Positions 12,810 through 26,708 of a DNA stretch of 64,000 bases are shown here, one piece after another. This DNA is from Malacoraja senta (Eukaryota): NCBI GenBank assembly GCA_038087875.1, contig CM075987.1:21082001-21146000 (forward strand). The letters are read 5' to 3'. A program made the translations under genes and the position numbers. The notes beneath the pieces were generated by a model. That model was given only the letters and a program-made list of their open reading frames with translations, searched no databases and had not been told where the DNA came from. Position 1 is the first letter of the stretch; every line of letters begins with the position of its first letter.

Positions 12810-13335
12810 GGTATTGGTATAGGTTTATTGTATGCATCAAGTACATCAAGATACCATGTGAAACTGTTTTGTGTGCTATCCAGCCAAATCATACCATTCA
12901 TGAATATATCAGGTGGTGCAAAAGAAAAAATAAACAGAATGCACAATGTTAAAACTACAGATAAAGTGCAGATAAAAAAGGACCACAACCAGGTAGATTG
13001 GAAGATTGGGAATTCATCCTTCTTCCTTCCTTAGGAAGGTGGTATGCGCTTTCAATCTTCCGTATCTTCAGCCTGATGGAAGAGGAGAGAAGAGAGAATG
13101 ATCTGAGTGTAAGTGGTCCTTGATTATGTTGGCTGTTGTCCCGAGGCAGATGGAGTGTGGATGCAGTCGATCAGGAGGGAGGCTGGTTTGCATGATGGAC
13201 TGAGCTGCATACAGAACTCTGCAATTACTTGCTGTCTTGGGCAGAACAATTGTCATACCAGGTTCTGATGCATCTGGATAGGATGCTTTCTATGGTGCAT
13301 TTCGTAGAAATTGGTAAAAGTTGTTGGAGACATGT
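12810..13335 (-). mobile_element. Rex1/Babar-type LINE 3' fragment, nested in CR1 remnants
   Basis: Minus ORF ...TTANIIKDHLHSDHSLFSPLPSG is the same family as 48185-48985; tttattg 3' terminus near 12825. Confidence 0.7.
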
Positions 13336-14199
13336 TGCACTTGGAGTATTGTGTGCCGTTGTAGTCGCTAAGGTACAGGAAAGATGTCATTAAGCTGGAA
13401 AGATTCACAACTATATGCCTTCTTTTCTGCTTTATCTTCTTATGTTGCCACTTTCAGAGAGTTGTGGACTTGGACCCCAAGATCCCTCTGTACCTCAATC
13501 CTATCAACGGATAGGGTGGGCCTTTTTTCCCTGGAGCAAAGGGATTTGAGGGATTGACCTGAAAGACATACATAAAATCATGAGGGGCATAGATAAGGTG
13601 AATGGTCACAGTTTTTTCCCCAGAGTAGGGGAGTCAAAAATTATAGATCATATATTTAAGATGAGATGGAAAAAAATGTAAAGAGGCCTTGAAGGGCAAG
13701 TTTTTCACACAGAGGGTGATGGGTATGTTAAACAAGCTGCTAGAGGAAGTGGTAATGGTGTGTACAAATACGGTGTTTAAAAGGCAATCACACTTTGTAT
13801 AGGATTATGGCGATATGGACCAAATTCAACCAAATGGGACCTGCTTAGACATTCTGGTTGGCATGGATGGGTTGGGCCAAAGGGCCTGTTTCCATGTTGC
13901 TTAAATCTATGATTTCTGGATGGCTTAAGAAGGGTGAGGAGGTGGCTGGTAGGGTGTAGAGCTGATTTCCTCTGTCAGTGAGTAGTGGGTTGAGTCCCAT
14001 TCAGAGACCTGAATGCACAAATCTAGGCTGACACTCCCAAAACATTACAGGAGGAATGTTGCAATGTCAAGGTTCCTATGAGCACTGATAGAAAAACCCT
14101 TCTGTTGTGTTGAAGGGATCTAAAAAGCCCTTCCCCCTTTGTTTCAAATATGCTGCAAAACACTTATACCTTAACCTGAGTAAGTTCAGGCATGTAGAA

Positions 14200-16040
14200 T
14201 TAGGGAATGAGTATCTGAATGGATATCAAACTGGCTACAAAACAGAACACAAAATGGAGATTAAAGGTAGTAATTCAGATGGTGAAAGTGGTCTATTGAG
14301 AGATTTGTTGCTGGGTTCTTTGTTGGTCACTATTTAAAATTAATTATGATTCAGGATGTTGCCAATTTCCAGAAATTTAGAGAGGTGTAGTTAATACAGA
14401 GGAGAACGGAGACAAATACATGAAGATGATAAATGTGCAGAACAGAAGTCTAATTGAGAAAAGAACTTCAATCTAACTCAAGGTGTAGTCAAGCATTCTG
14501 GAAGCCATGTCTTGTTTGAAAATTAACATTGAAATGGATTAAAGTACAGAAGGACATGGGGATACATAGTGATCACTAAAAGTTGGTTAATGTGGCCACT
14601 TAAAAAAAACACATTGCAATTTACTTCAAGAGAAACATATTTGAAAATTAGAGAAATTATTTAGAACCTTGATGAGGCTATACTTGGTATATTGTGAACA
14701 GTTCTGGTATCCATATTATAAAAATAATAAGAGGGCACTGGAGACAGATTAAAAATAGGAGAATGGTATCAGAACTGAAATAACGCGCTTATTAAAAAAT
14801 ATAGCTGGTCCACTTTTCTCTGGATAAAAGACTGTTGGGAATTTAAGATTATGAACAGGTTTAACAAGATAGATATAAAGAGAATGTTTAGTTGCAAGGT
14901 GTACCTGACTAGAATCCACAAGATGCTAAATAATACAATGGGGAATTCACAAGGAATTTTCTCTACAGAATGGGGTGAATGTAGAACTTGGTAGCATAAG
15001 GACTACTTTATGCAAGCACTACAGATTCAATTAAAGGGAAGCTAAATAGGCACAAAGAGAAAATATAGATTATATTGATGGGATTAGATAAAGAGGGGTA
15101 GGAGGAAGCTTGAGTGAAGCATAAATGCCTACAATAGCAATTTCTATGCTTTTAATAATTTGTAATATTCTATAAACTCCATTATTGAAATGGATTATTC
15201 TGATTGCTGTTTGTGCTGCTGAATGTCTGCCATGTTTCTTACATTATAATAGTAATATTTTCTGGATATCCTAATGTTGTGAAAAATGCTTCATAAATCA
15301 ATGTTCCTTCTTTCAGTTCTTCACTTTTATACATTTTATAAATAGTAGGTCCCTAGGGATCATTGAGAAATGGAGGGACCTCAATGTGTAATTCCAAGGA
15401 TCCCTGAAGGTGCAGCATGGATAGATAAGAGGGTGAAGAAAGCATAAGGGATACTTGTCTTCATTGGCTGGACCATAGAATCTATGCAGGGAGGTTATGG
15501 TGCTGGTTTATAAAGCACTGGTTAGGCCACAAATGGAGTTCCGTGTACAGTTCTGGTGGCCATGTTATAGGAAGGACATGAGGATGCAGAGGAGATTTAC
15601 CTGGATGTTGCGGGTATGGAGCATTTCAGATAAGAGAAGAAACTAGATTGGCTAGGTTTATTTTCCTTGGAATAAAGAAGGCTGATGTGGGACCTGTCAG
15701 AGGTATACAGAATTATGAGGGAAGCAGACAGGGTAGATGATAGATAATAGGAAATATTCCCCATTTCAGAGATATCTAAAAATAGAAGGCATACGTTTAG
15801 GGCAAGGAGTAAGAGTTTGGAAGGGATCTGAGGTGACTGTAATTAGACCACTCTGCCTAAATGGGTCAAGTAGGGAAGGACTCTCACAATATTCATTAAG
15901 TATCTCGATGACCACTTGAATTGGCAAGGATGGAAAGTCACAAATCAAGTGTTGGTAAATGGAATTAGCGTAGGTTGGTACTTAATAGTGGGCATGGACA
16001 CTACGAGCAGAAGGATCTGGTTCTGTGCTGTATGACTGCA
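14200..16040 (+). mobile_element. Two consecutive degraded CR1 3' fragments
   Basis: Remnants of the RT C-terminus (gttaggccacaaatggagttccgtgtacagttctgg = VRPxLEYCVQFW-like) and a CR1 3' UTR ending ...ttctgtgctgtatgact. Confidence 0.65.
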
Positions 16041-16101
16041 GTTGTTATGTAGATTAACAGTAATACACTGACTCTCTTTCTCTTTTGGAAATCCCTTGCA
16101 G

Positions 16102-16238
16102 ACCCTCGCCCCAAAGACTGCTATGACATCTTCTTGAGGGGTTACAAAGAGGATGGAATCTATTCTGTTTTTCCTACCCATTACCCTGGAGGATTTCAGG
16201 TCTCATGTGACATGACTGTGGCTGGAGGAGGCTGGACA
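16102..16238 (+). CDS. FIBCD1: FIBCD1 coding exon (exon 4 equivalent): start of the fibrinogen-related domain
   Basis: cccttgcag acceptor; 137 nt, phase 1/0; (D)PRPKDCYDIFLRGYKEDGIYSVFPTHYPGGFQVSCDMTVAGGGWT; ACA|gtaagt donor. Confidence 0.94.
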
Positions 16239-17446
16239 GTAAGTAGTCAATCTCCACCTGAAAAATGCTTTCTTCGTGAAATTCCATTTTATCTCCCAAA
16301 GCCCAAATCCAACACAATTTTATGTTGTAATCTTATTTCATTTGCCTTACACTATCCCACTTGCCTGCATTAGATCCGTATTTTTCCATGCCTTACCCAG
16401 TCCAAATGTCTCTTAAACGTGATTGTGTCTGACTCCCCATCCATTTAATCGTACCGATAATCCATTACATTTTAACTCCTAATCTCGTCCATACTATCTA
16501 TCAATCCGCTCAATTATATTTCCTGATCTATTTCATTCTGTCTCCAAAATTGCATTCCGTTCGCTACTTCTCACTCCTTTCATTCTCCATATTTTATTCA
16601 GTTCTCCATCTTCATTGCCTTCCATTTTATTTTCCCAATCTGATTATATGCTCACAGAACAAAATTAGATAATCACTTTTTTAAATGTTCTCATCCTTGT
16701 GCCAGTTATTTTCCACATTATTTTAGGCTCTATGATCCTGTCATCTAAATATATCCATTGAATTTCAGCAACTGATTCACAAAGTCCAGACAATTTGGTT
16801 CTATTTTGATTGTTATACTGATTGTTATTCTCTAGTTTTGTCCCGTCTTTGTTGGCCTGGATCTGTTTCAATTGGGAGCAATGAAATCTGTTGGAAACAG
16901 CTGCTTGAAATATCATATAGAATTCACAACCAACAAACAGGTCATATGGTCTACGCTGGTGCTAATTCTTCAAATGAACCTCTTTCAAGCATTGTACTTC
17001 TCAAAATGTCCTCCATACCTTTCTTCTTAATGCACTTGTGAAGCCTATTATTAAATAGATTCATAGTGTTCCCTTTAGCCATTTCTTCTGATAGATAGTT
17101 TCCATCCTGACCTTCAAATAAATATATTATTGATAAACTAATTTTGGTGGCCTTTACCTTTGGCCTCCGCCAAAGAACATCTTCGTTACTTCTACTCACC
17201 AAAAGGGATAAATCACAATATTGGTTGTTATTATACCAATAATCAAGAAGCATGGACTGCTGATGTTCAAATTCACATTTAAATTTGATGAATTTGGAAT
17301 AAAAAAGCTTGTGTCTGTAACAGTAGCCTAATGCCACTAGAATATTGTTTTGAATCCTTCTGATTCCTTTCAGGAAGCAAATCTACCGACTTGGAAATAT
17401 ACACCTTTACACAATCTGGCCTGGATGTAACTTAAAACTCTAAGTT

Positions 17447-17870
17447 ATAGATAGATAGATAGATAGATAGATAGACATTTATTGTCACATACACCAATTG
17501 GTGCAGTGAAATTTGACTTGCCAATGCAGCACACAAATAAAGATTACATCAAAGAATTTAACAACATAAAAACATCCCCCCACAATGGTTCCCACTGTGG
17601 GGGAAGGCAGCAAAGTCCAGTCCCATCCCCAGTTCACCCATAGTCGGGGTCTATTGAGGCCTCTGCAGTCGCCGATACGGCAGCTCCATGCCTCAGGCCC
17701 TCTCGCCGGATGATGAAGCTCCGGCGTCGGTTGAACACTCTCAGCGGCCCGGAGTGTCTGGAGCGGCCGCCTCCTCCCAGTAGACCGCGGCTCCCGAAGT
17801 CCACGAGCCGCGCTGGTCGATGCTCCGACTCTGGCGACCTCGTCGTGAGATCCCAGGCTCCGCGGTGTTC
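17447..17870 (-). mobile_element. GC/CpG-rich SINE-like retroposon with Rex/Babar-type 3' end and (CTAT)n tail
   Basis: The minus strand ends ...atttcactgcaccaattggtgtatgtgacaataaaatg(tcta)n. CpG-rich body at 17640-17870. Confidence 0.65.
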
Positions 17871-18079
17871 TAAGTAATTTATTTCAGGTGTCCAATTAAT
17901 GTTGGCCTTACCGATTTAAAAGTTTCCTAACTTTAAAGACCATCCCTTGAAAATCCCATCCTGCTTGTTTTAATATTATTTGATGCCTGCATAGTAATAG
18001 ACACATGATTTAAAATTAGAGTTGTAGAGTTATACAGCACATAAAATTGACTATTGACTATTGATGTGCTTTTCAGCCC

Positions 18080-18880
18080 ACCATGTCCATGCCAATCTTT
18101 TTGCCTTACACTATCCCACTTGCCTGTATTAGATCCGTATCTTTCCATGCCTTACCCTGTCCAAATGTCTGTTAAGCATAATTGTGTCTGACTCCACCAC
18201 CTACTTTGGAGTGAGTTCCAGGTATCAACCATTCTCTGTGTAAAAGAAACTTTCCCCTCAAATCCCTTGTGGGAAAAGGATGCTGATTGTCTACCTTATC
18301 TATGTCTCTTATAATTTTATCTATCTTCATCAGATCACTCCTCACCCTTGTTCACGAGAGAGTGAGAGAAAAAAAAGCCCAGCCTATCCAATCTCTCTCT
18401 ATAAATAAAGTCCTATGTTTCAAGCAACATCCCAGTGTATATTATCGGCACTCCCCAATACAACCACATTCTTACTATAATACGCCAACCAGAACTGCAC
18501 ACAATACCCTGTCTCATCAATGTTTTGTAAAGTTGCAACATAACCTCCCAACTTTCATATTCTATGCCCCAACTATGAAGGCAAGTATGTCAAGTGACTT
18601 CTTCATCCTATCTACTTGTGTTGCCACTTTCAGGGATCCATGGATTTGAACCCCTCCGTTTGTCAGCATTCTTAGTGTCCTAACATTTACTGCACATGGC
18701 CTACCCCTATTTAACGTCAAAATCAAAATCAATCACCTCACATTTGTCAGGATTAAATTCCATCAGCCAACATAATACCCAACTTTCCACCTGATCTATA
18801 ATTTGTTGCAGCCTGAGACAACATTCCTCGCTACTTGCATCACTACCACTTTTTGTATCATTCCAAGTACTTACGATCAT
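18080..18880 (-). mobile_element. Degraded CR1 LINE 3' part
   Basis: Minus ORF 18707-18889 LQQIIDQVESW...MEFNPDKCEV, followed by a CR1 3' UTR. Confidence 0.75.
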
Positions 18881-19185
18881 ACTGTGCAAGGGAGCCAGCT
18901 GTGATTGTAGCTATAATCCTTACTATAAGCTCATCTGATTTATCTGTAAGGCTTCTTGCATTAAAGTAAATGCAATTAGGCCTGCCAGATCTTCCATGTT
19001 CTGAAACATCTCACTGTCTGCTCCATACATAATGCTTGGGGTGTCATGATGTCGAGCAATATTACCTGTTGCAACTATCAGACAGCGTTGAGTTGGTGTC
19101 CATTTCTTTTGACTTCATGGATTAACATTCTCCAACCTATTACTATCAAAATACTGAAGCGATTGTAGTGACTGAAGAGGCTGTA

Positions 19186-19285
19186 GAGTCTGAAGAAGGG
19201 TCACAACCCAAAACGTTACACTTTCCTTCTCTCCAGAAATGCTGCCTGTCCCGCTGAGTTACTCCAGCATTTTGTGTCTATCTTC
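19186..19285 (+). mobile_element. Penelope-derived terminal unit
   Basis: agagtctgaagaagggtcacaacccaaaacgttac...ccgctgagttactccagcattttgtgtcta. Confidence 0.8.
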
Positions 19286-19690
19286 GGCTCTAGTGATATG
19301 TCTGTTGTGACTTTGATCCCATTCTTCCATCTTATTTGTGGCTTTTCTCTTTCACTTTATTAGATATGAATGACTTCTCTATTCTATTATTTGCTTGAAT
19401 TTAAAAGGATGTCAGTTTTATTGGTGGAAGAGTGGTTTTATTTGTTCTCGGTGGGACTTTGAGCAATCATCCTTAACACCAAAATTTAACCCAGTGGATT
19501 CCTTTCCTTTTGCTCTTCTCCAAAATCCAACTTTCACATGCAGCCAATGCCTCCGGGAAAACTTGCCTTCTTTTGATTTCTATGACTTACAGGTGTATAT
19601 TTTTGGGAGAAGCAACATGCACAGATTGTCATGGGGAGAAACCCTATAAAATCACGAGAGAGTGGGTGCGAGTGTGCAGGAGAGGATGGG

Positions 19691-19843
<153 letters not shown>

Positions 19844-20200
19844 TATAATGATTACCATTGTAATATGTTCTTTCAAAAACAATCATATTTAAATTCCTGT
19901 ATATGCACTAGGGATATTTTTCAATTTATGTCATGAATCAAAGGTACAATTTTGTTAATCAACCCTTGCTTCACCATATGAACCCAAATTGTTCTGAGCA
20001 GACTATTTTTATTTTGATAGATTTTTTTGAGTAAAGCACTTAAAGTTCTAAAGTAGTTTGAATTCCCCAGGTTTACCCATCACATTACATGAGCTCAGGC
20101 TGCTTCATTAAACATTCTATTTGCAGCATTCAGTTGAAAGCAGTCATTCATGTACAGATTCTCCTGTGAGCCTGTTCTTGGTTTATCCAGCAATCCCTTA

Positions 20201-20203
<3 letters not shown>

Positions 20204-20266
<63 letters not shown>
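20204..20266. repeat. (CA)n microsatellite
   Basis: Directly visible. Confidence 0.99.
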
Positions 20267-20269
<3 letters not shown>

Positions 20270-21885
20270 CAGTATGAGCCACAGTGAAACTCTGCACCAC
20301 TGCATTCCTTTTGTGCATTATCTGATTTTCATTGTCCTCCAATTGGTCCTTCATTGTCCTTCATTGTCCTCCAACTGGAGCAGTGCTTCTTAAACTATTT
20401 CAGTGTCATTCACCCTTGAGTCTTTATCACAAAATTTCATTCACCCTCGACTAAATGTTCTTATGTTTTTTGGTAATTTTCGTCTTATTCTCCCTTGTGT
20501 ATCATTTTATATATAATTTATTTTGTCACATGAGCAAAAAACATGAACTCATTTTTTAAGCGTTTATTTTATTCAACTTTTAGAACATCCAAAAAATATA
20601 TATGTAAAGAAAACTAGGAGTGAAAAAAAAAGTTTTTAATTACCACTGGAGTTGGAAAATCATTCCATTAGAATGATAAAAGACCATTCCAACGTCTAAA
20701 CACTGGGCTTCAGCCCCATCCTACCCTTTCGGGCTTTGATTACTGCAGTTTTTTTCCTGGAAAACTAGCTCAAAAAAACATGGAGTATGTGATTTAATAT
20801 ATTAGTATCCAACTAATATAACTTTCTATAACTCTCCCTGACGAAAGCTCACAATACCACCAAATATCAACTTTGGTAGCTAAATTGCTACACAAAGTAA
20901 AGTTACAGTTCAACAGTTGACTACGGCAATCCTCCGGTGTTGCCATTTTTAAATTTCCAGCTCCACTGCCATTAAAACCAATAAGAGCTTGCTAACCACT
21001 TTAATGCAATGGCTTTTTTTAAGCATAGAATAGAAAAATATATTTAAATATCTGAATAAATTAAGTCATTCACCCTTCATTAATAGGGCCATTAATGGAG
21101 TGACAAGTCTGGCAACCATTGTTGGGAGTTCATGGATACAGTGGTAACACATAAGGGTGCTGAATAACAATTTATTTCCTTTGTATAGAATTATGAGCTG
21201 TGTAACATGCTCAAGAAACTGAATGCCTCCTACATTTTCAGGGTAGTAGGCTCAAAGGATAGCTTAAAGGGTGTTGGCACCAATAGGTTTGATTCTCCCC
21301 TCAAATAAATCATACAGGGGAAGAAAGGGATTTTCCATTCTCCAACACTTCCCTGCTTCATAGGATGTAAAATGGAAAGCAATTTTGGTGAAATCCATTT
21401 ATTTTGCTTTTGCTTTTGCTTTCATCACATGTAGTTCAGCCCACAGCCTTTAAATTGTTATCATTATCTCATTGCAGAATCAAGCCTAAGCCTCAAGTTG
21501 TAGCCATGGCTTTACAGGACATCATTCATTGACTGAGCAAATCCAGTACTTCCAGACTTTCCTTCCACTTCAAAGCAGCAGCTGATTTAAGGCAGACTAA
21601 AAGATTAGTTTATCAAATTTGTGGTGGAAGTGTGAAGGAAAATCCATGGGGAATTATCTTCTTTTACACACAGTGACTTCTCTACATTTGTTCTTAGCTG
21701 TAAGAGGGTTTGAGATCTTTGCTGCATTTGAAGTTACGGATAGATGCATGATTCTTCAGCTCAGTCTTTGGAAACCAGCAATTCCCTCCCATCATACTGC
21801 AGTCTCAGTAGTTTTTGAAACAATGGATAGATTTTTGCCTCTGTATCCTGATCCAAACCCTGTTCACAGTATTAAGCAGTGGGGA

Positions 21886-21976
21886 TAGACACAAAATGCT
21901 GGAGTAACTCAGAAGGACAAGCAGCATCTCCGGAGTGAAGGAATGGATGACGTTTCGGGTCGAGACCCTTCTTCGC
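21886..21976 (-). mobile_element. Penelope-derived terminal unit
   Basis: tagacacaaaatgctggagtaactcag...gacgtttcgggtcgagacccttcttc. Confidence 0.8.
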
Positions 21977-22424
21977 AGATATCAGTCCTGAACTGAATGT
22001 TCCCCTTCCAGTTTTGTTTTTGAACTGAAATTAAGACTTAGAATAAACCATACTCTTTGTAATCCCCCACCCTTAATATCAAGATATTAATTTTACCATG
22101 GCTCACACTCTCATGTATCAAGTCTAAAGGACTCAGTTCTAAGTATTCATTTCACTTCAAGACATAATCCAGACTGACACTCCCAGTGGGCCAGAGGGAC
22201 TGCTGCACTGTCAGAGATGCTACCTTTTAGATAAGAGATTAAATCAAAGTACCACTTGTTCTCCCATTCTTCCTTCCTCTTGCCTGTTTATTATGCTGGT
22301 CATAACCATTTGTACACAATTTTTGCTGGGATGGGGGAAGGAGATGCATCATATTTATCTCTTCCGTCACTCCTAGACTGTTCAATTTTCACAAGTCTCC
22401 TTGCATCTTTTTGCACTTTTGCAG

Positions 22425-22521
22425 GTATTTCAGCGGCGGAAAGATGGATCAGTGGATTTTTTCAAAGGATGGGATGCCTACAAAGATGGATTTGGGAGGA
22501 TAACAGGAGAGCACTGGTTAG
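22425..22521 (+). CDS. FIBCD1: FIBCD1 coding exon (exon 5 equivalent): fibrinogen-related domain
   Basis: ttttgcag acceptor; 97 nt, phase 0/1; [33 protein letters not shown]|gtaaag donor. Confidence 0.94.
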
Positions 22522-24069
22522 GTAAAGAGACAAATATCTTATTTGTGACAGGGGACGATGCACAATCTCTTAAGCCTGCTTAGTCATTCTATAACAACAT
22601 GGCTGACCGCCATTGCAATTCAGTTTCACTGCCTTTGCTCATTTTTTTGATATCCAACAAAAAATAATTGGTCTCAAGTCTTGAAAGCTTCACTGGTATC
22701 GAGATTTTTGGTTGAGGAGAGTGTGGAATAGACTCTGTATGTGATGACTTATTTTCTTTCCAGTATCAAGGGGAGAGATCCGCCATTGATTTCTTGTTTT
22801 ATTTTAGGAAGTTTTCCCCTGTATGATTGCACCCATGCTGCTCTGTTTTAAAGACGATAATACTGCAACTCATTAGAAGAATTCGGCATGGAACATCTTC
22901 CTGCTTTTGAATCTTTGCCGACATTAAAAATGTGATATGGTGAGAGGCGACCTGTAGTCTGGCTCAGATTGAAGATTATTTGCCATAAAATGAGAAGTTG
23001 TTCTTCTATTTTGTGTCTGCTCTCTCAGGTGAAAGATCCCAAGGGCTCTAATGTCAATTGGAGCCTCAGTTTTATGTCTGAGTTTTATGATGTGCCTCCA
23101 GCAATGCAGGATTCCTTTAGAACCATACAGGAATATTAGCTGAGAGTGTGTACACCAAAAGTTGGCCTTTGACAACTCTTGGCAAAGCCGACTGAACATG
23201 AGGCCACACCATTAAAGATAATTGAGATCGTCAAGAAGGTGTCCAGAAGGGATTTCTGGAGAGGGGAAGTGAGAGATCAGAGAAACTTAGAAGGGATGGA
23301 ATAGGAGACAAGATCAAGACTGAAGCTATGATTAAAGACACCATTGAGATTTGGCGAGTTGGGTGCTGGGGAATGAATGGTGGATTGGGGTTAGCAATGA
23401 CATTTGGATTTGGAGAAAGAATAGTGACCTCGAGGAAGGTGTTCGGGAAGAGATTCGAGACTTGGTGACTGGTCATAAAAAAGTACTGATATGGAAAGCT
23501 GGGGTGATGTCACTGGTGGGAGATTTCAGATGTTTTTAAATGGAAGGCATGAAATGTTCCTATCGGCTTAGATGAACAAGTTCCAATTGATCAGATTCAT
23601 AGGGTCATGATGCTACAAGGAAAGCACAGAGCAGGTGGGTAATCATTATGCAAAAAACACACGGCCTACACCACAGGGGCTTCTCCTGGCCATCAGACTG
23701 AAGATCACCTTACGTGGCTCAGCTGATTCAGAGTACTATATTCTGTTAGAGCGGACATTGATAATTAATGCTTCCCATGCTGGCCAGCTGGCCTGAAATA
23801 CTTACCAAATAATTTATCCTGACAAAAGATTCCTTCCTTTTGCTTAAAATAAAACAGTTAATACAACTTGGAGTAAGATCAATTCATAAGATCAATCAAT
23901 TTTCATAACTACATGAAATAAATTTAGATTTTCAGCATCTGCATAGTTTTTCTTTGGCTCTCAAATCTTGCCCAAGAAAATGAACAACTAAATTAATTCA
24001 GAAGTTAATTTTGTATTGATCTTTCATGTGAAGAAAGGCTTGAAGCCTTTCATAATAGCAGGGCAACGC

Positions 24070-24133
24070 TTCTGGAAAACGCTTCCGATGTCTTTAATAG
24101 GCCGAATAAACGCAATAAAAATGATCTTTTTAC
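24070..24133 (+). mobile_element. 5'-truncated L1 ORF2 fragment running into the gap
   Basis: Encodes FWKTLPMSLIGRINAIKMIFL, identical in protein to 2329-2391. Confidence 0.9.
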
Positions 24134-24333
24134 NNNNNNNNNNNNNNNNNNNNNNNNNNNNNNNNNNNNNNNNNNNNNNNNNNNNNNNNNNNNNNNNNNN
24201 NNNNNNNNNNNNNNNNNNNNNNNNNNNNNNNNNNNNNNNNNNNNNNNNNNNNNNNNNNNNNNNNNNNNNNNNNNNNNNNNNNNNNNNNNNNNNNNNNNNN
24301 NNNNNNNNNNNNNNNNNNNNNNNNNNNNNNNNN
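24134..24333. other. Assembly gap (200 N)
   Basis: Run of exactly 200 N. A round number suggests a placeholder of unknown true size. Confidence 0.99.
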
Positions 24334-26708
24334 ATGTGTTTCTATATGTATGTACATGTATATGTTATTATGAAGCTAATGTGTAATGAATGCCCTGGTT
24401 ACACCACATCTGGAGTATTGTGTAAAATTTTGGGGACGGCACCTGGAATAGACATTCACACAATGTATCAGGCTCAAAGAATTGTATTTTGAGGACAGAC
24501 TGCGTAAACTAGGCTTGTATTTCCTTGAATTAAAAAAAGGTTAAGGATAATTTGACGAGTATTTAGAATTTTGAAATAACTTATTCAGGTCGATGGAGGA
24601 GAAACTTTTTTTTCTGTTGGTTGCAAATTATTGGTTACGTTTGAACAAGATCATTACAAGAGAAGTTAAAAATACATCACTCAAAGAGTTTTAAACAGAT
24701 ACATTTCTTTTACAGTAAAGAAATGCTGACTTAATAATCATTTCATAGTTAAGATTAATAGCAGTGGGTATAAAAGATTTGAAACTGAAATGGAGTTAGG
24801 ATCTACGTTAGTCATGATCTGACAATGAAATAATACGATCAGGGGGCTGAATCCCAATCTGACATTTCATATTTATTCTTTGTTTTTCCTCTACGGATGG
24901 TAGCTTACCTACTGATTACTTCCAGCGCTTTCTGTTTCATTCCTTTGATATGCAATTTTGTAAAATAACGTGCTATGGTGGAGGTGTTGAACTTCAGATT
25001 CATCCTTCAAAATGGCCTGGTTCCTTTTAATGTAACTTATCCAAAATTGAGGTTTAGTAACAGAAGCTCTCGGTTTGACCTAGAATGGAGAACTGAAATG
25101 GAAGGGGAAGACCAAGTGTACCAACAGGTAAACAGAGATCTTGGAAAGTAGAGAAAAACTCTGAGGGTTTTTTAGGCAATTTATCTATGACTTGCTCGAT
25201 GACATTCCAGGTTTCATTTGGTGAATCCTTTTCACTGGGTCTGGGGATTTGCATTCAAGTTTTCTCCAATGTAAAATTGGTCACTGAAAAGGATCAATTA
25301 GTTTTCATCCTTTTTATTTTGTTTACCTCTTTAAAATGATTGAAATGCCTCACCTTCATATCCCGCCTTTTCATGAATCATATGGAATCTGAATTGCATT
25401 TACTGTTAGGTCATTGCAAAGTATTTTGGGAAATATATCTTCTCATGAGCGACAAAGTAAATCAGGATGACACTGGGGCTTTGAATAGAGGGTAAGTTTT
25501 ATAGTGTTGCATCACAATGTGAGACTGACCATTCTATAAAGTTTGGAAGCTGGTAGAAATGCTGCCCTTGGTGCGCATTGCTCTGGGTTCAACACTGACC
25601 TCTGATGCTCCCTTAAAGGAATTTGCATGTTCTTTCTGTGAATGAATGGTTTTCCTTCCACATCCCCTTATTTGGGCACTGTAAAATGTATCTCCTGCAG
25701 GGAGAGTTCATGGAAATGTGGGAACCATTAAATGGCTAGTGTGAGATTAGTGTAAATGGGTGCTTGATGGTCAGTATGGACTTGATAGGCTGAAGGGCCT
25801 ATTTCCATGTTGAATGCTCTGACACAATGAAAAATTTAAAGAATCGTATGTCGTTAATGAAGAACCTGATATGGTAGATGAAGAGAACCCGGGGTCATGG
25901 TCTCATGATAAAGGGTCAGTATTCTTGATTAAAATTACTCTACTCAGATGGTTATGATTTTTTGTAATTATTTATCCCAGAAGATGGTGGATACTAAGTC
26001 AGAGAATGTGTAAAACTGTGATAGATAGATTATTCAATGCAACCAAAAAAACATCAGGAGATGGGAATCAGGGAATGAAAGTGCAACTGAAGTAGGAGAT
26101 CAACCATAATCATTTAGTGCAGCAAGCTCAATGGACAGAATAGCTTGGCATTCTTCCATTTCTTACATTACATTTATGTTATCGTGTTAGGCATAGTTCA
26201 AAAAAAGAGGGTTGGTCTGATCAATGCTGTAAGAATTGATGGGCTGGATACAGGGAAATTATTTTATGTAAGTCAATTCAAAGTCAAGTCAAGTATGAGG
26301 TGGACACAGCAAGGACATTTTGGACGAAACCTTGAAGCAACTCTCACAGAAGGCTTAAAGATATCTGAAATTATGAAGCCATAGGATGACAGAGGTCAAG
26401 TGAAACCATCAGTATTTGTTGGGTAAGAGAAAAGAGAGACATGAAGTAAAGGTAGATAAATTGTTGAGGCACTGAGCACTGTAAACTAATCAAATACACA
26501 GAAGGTTTGATAGGTCTAATGACCTGCTTCTATCTCAAATGCTCATGAATGTAATGCAACAAAAAAAAGAAGAAGAAAATGCCAGTAACTGGTGCATATA
26601 AAAGGAGTGAGATGTAATCAGTTACCAGATGCACAGATAACATTATGAATTGAGCAAAGTAGAAGAGCCCCAAGCCTTCATATCCATCTAAACCACAAAA
26701 AGGGCCAC

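Noticed and set aside
24016..24492. 158-aa ORF across the gap
   Set aside because: Artefact of translating N bases; only the 21-codon L1 piece is real.
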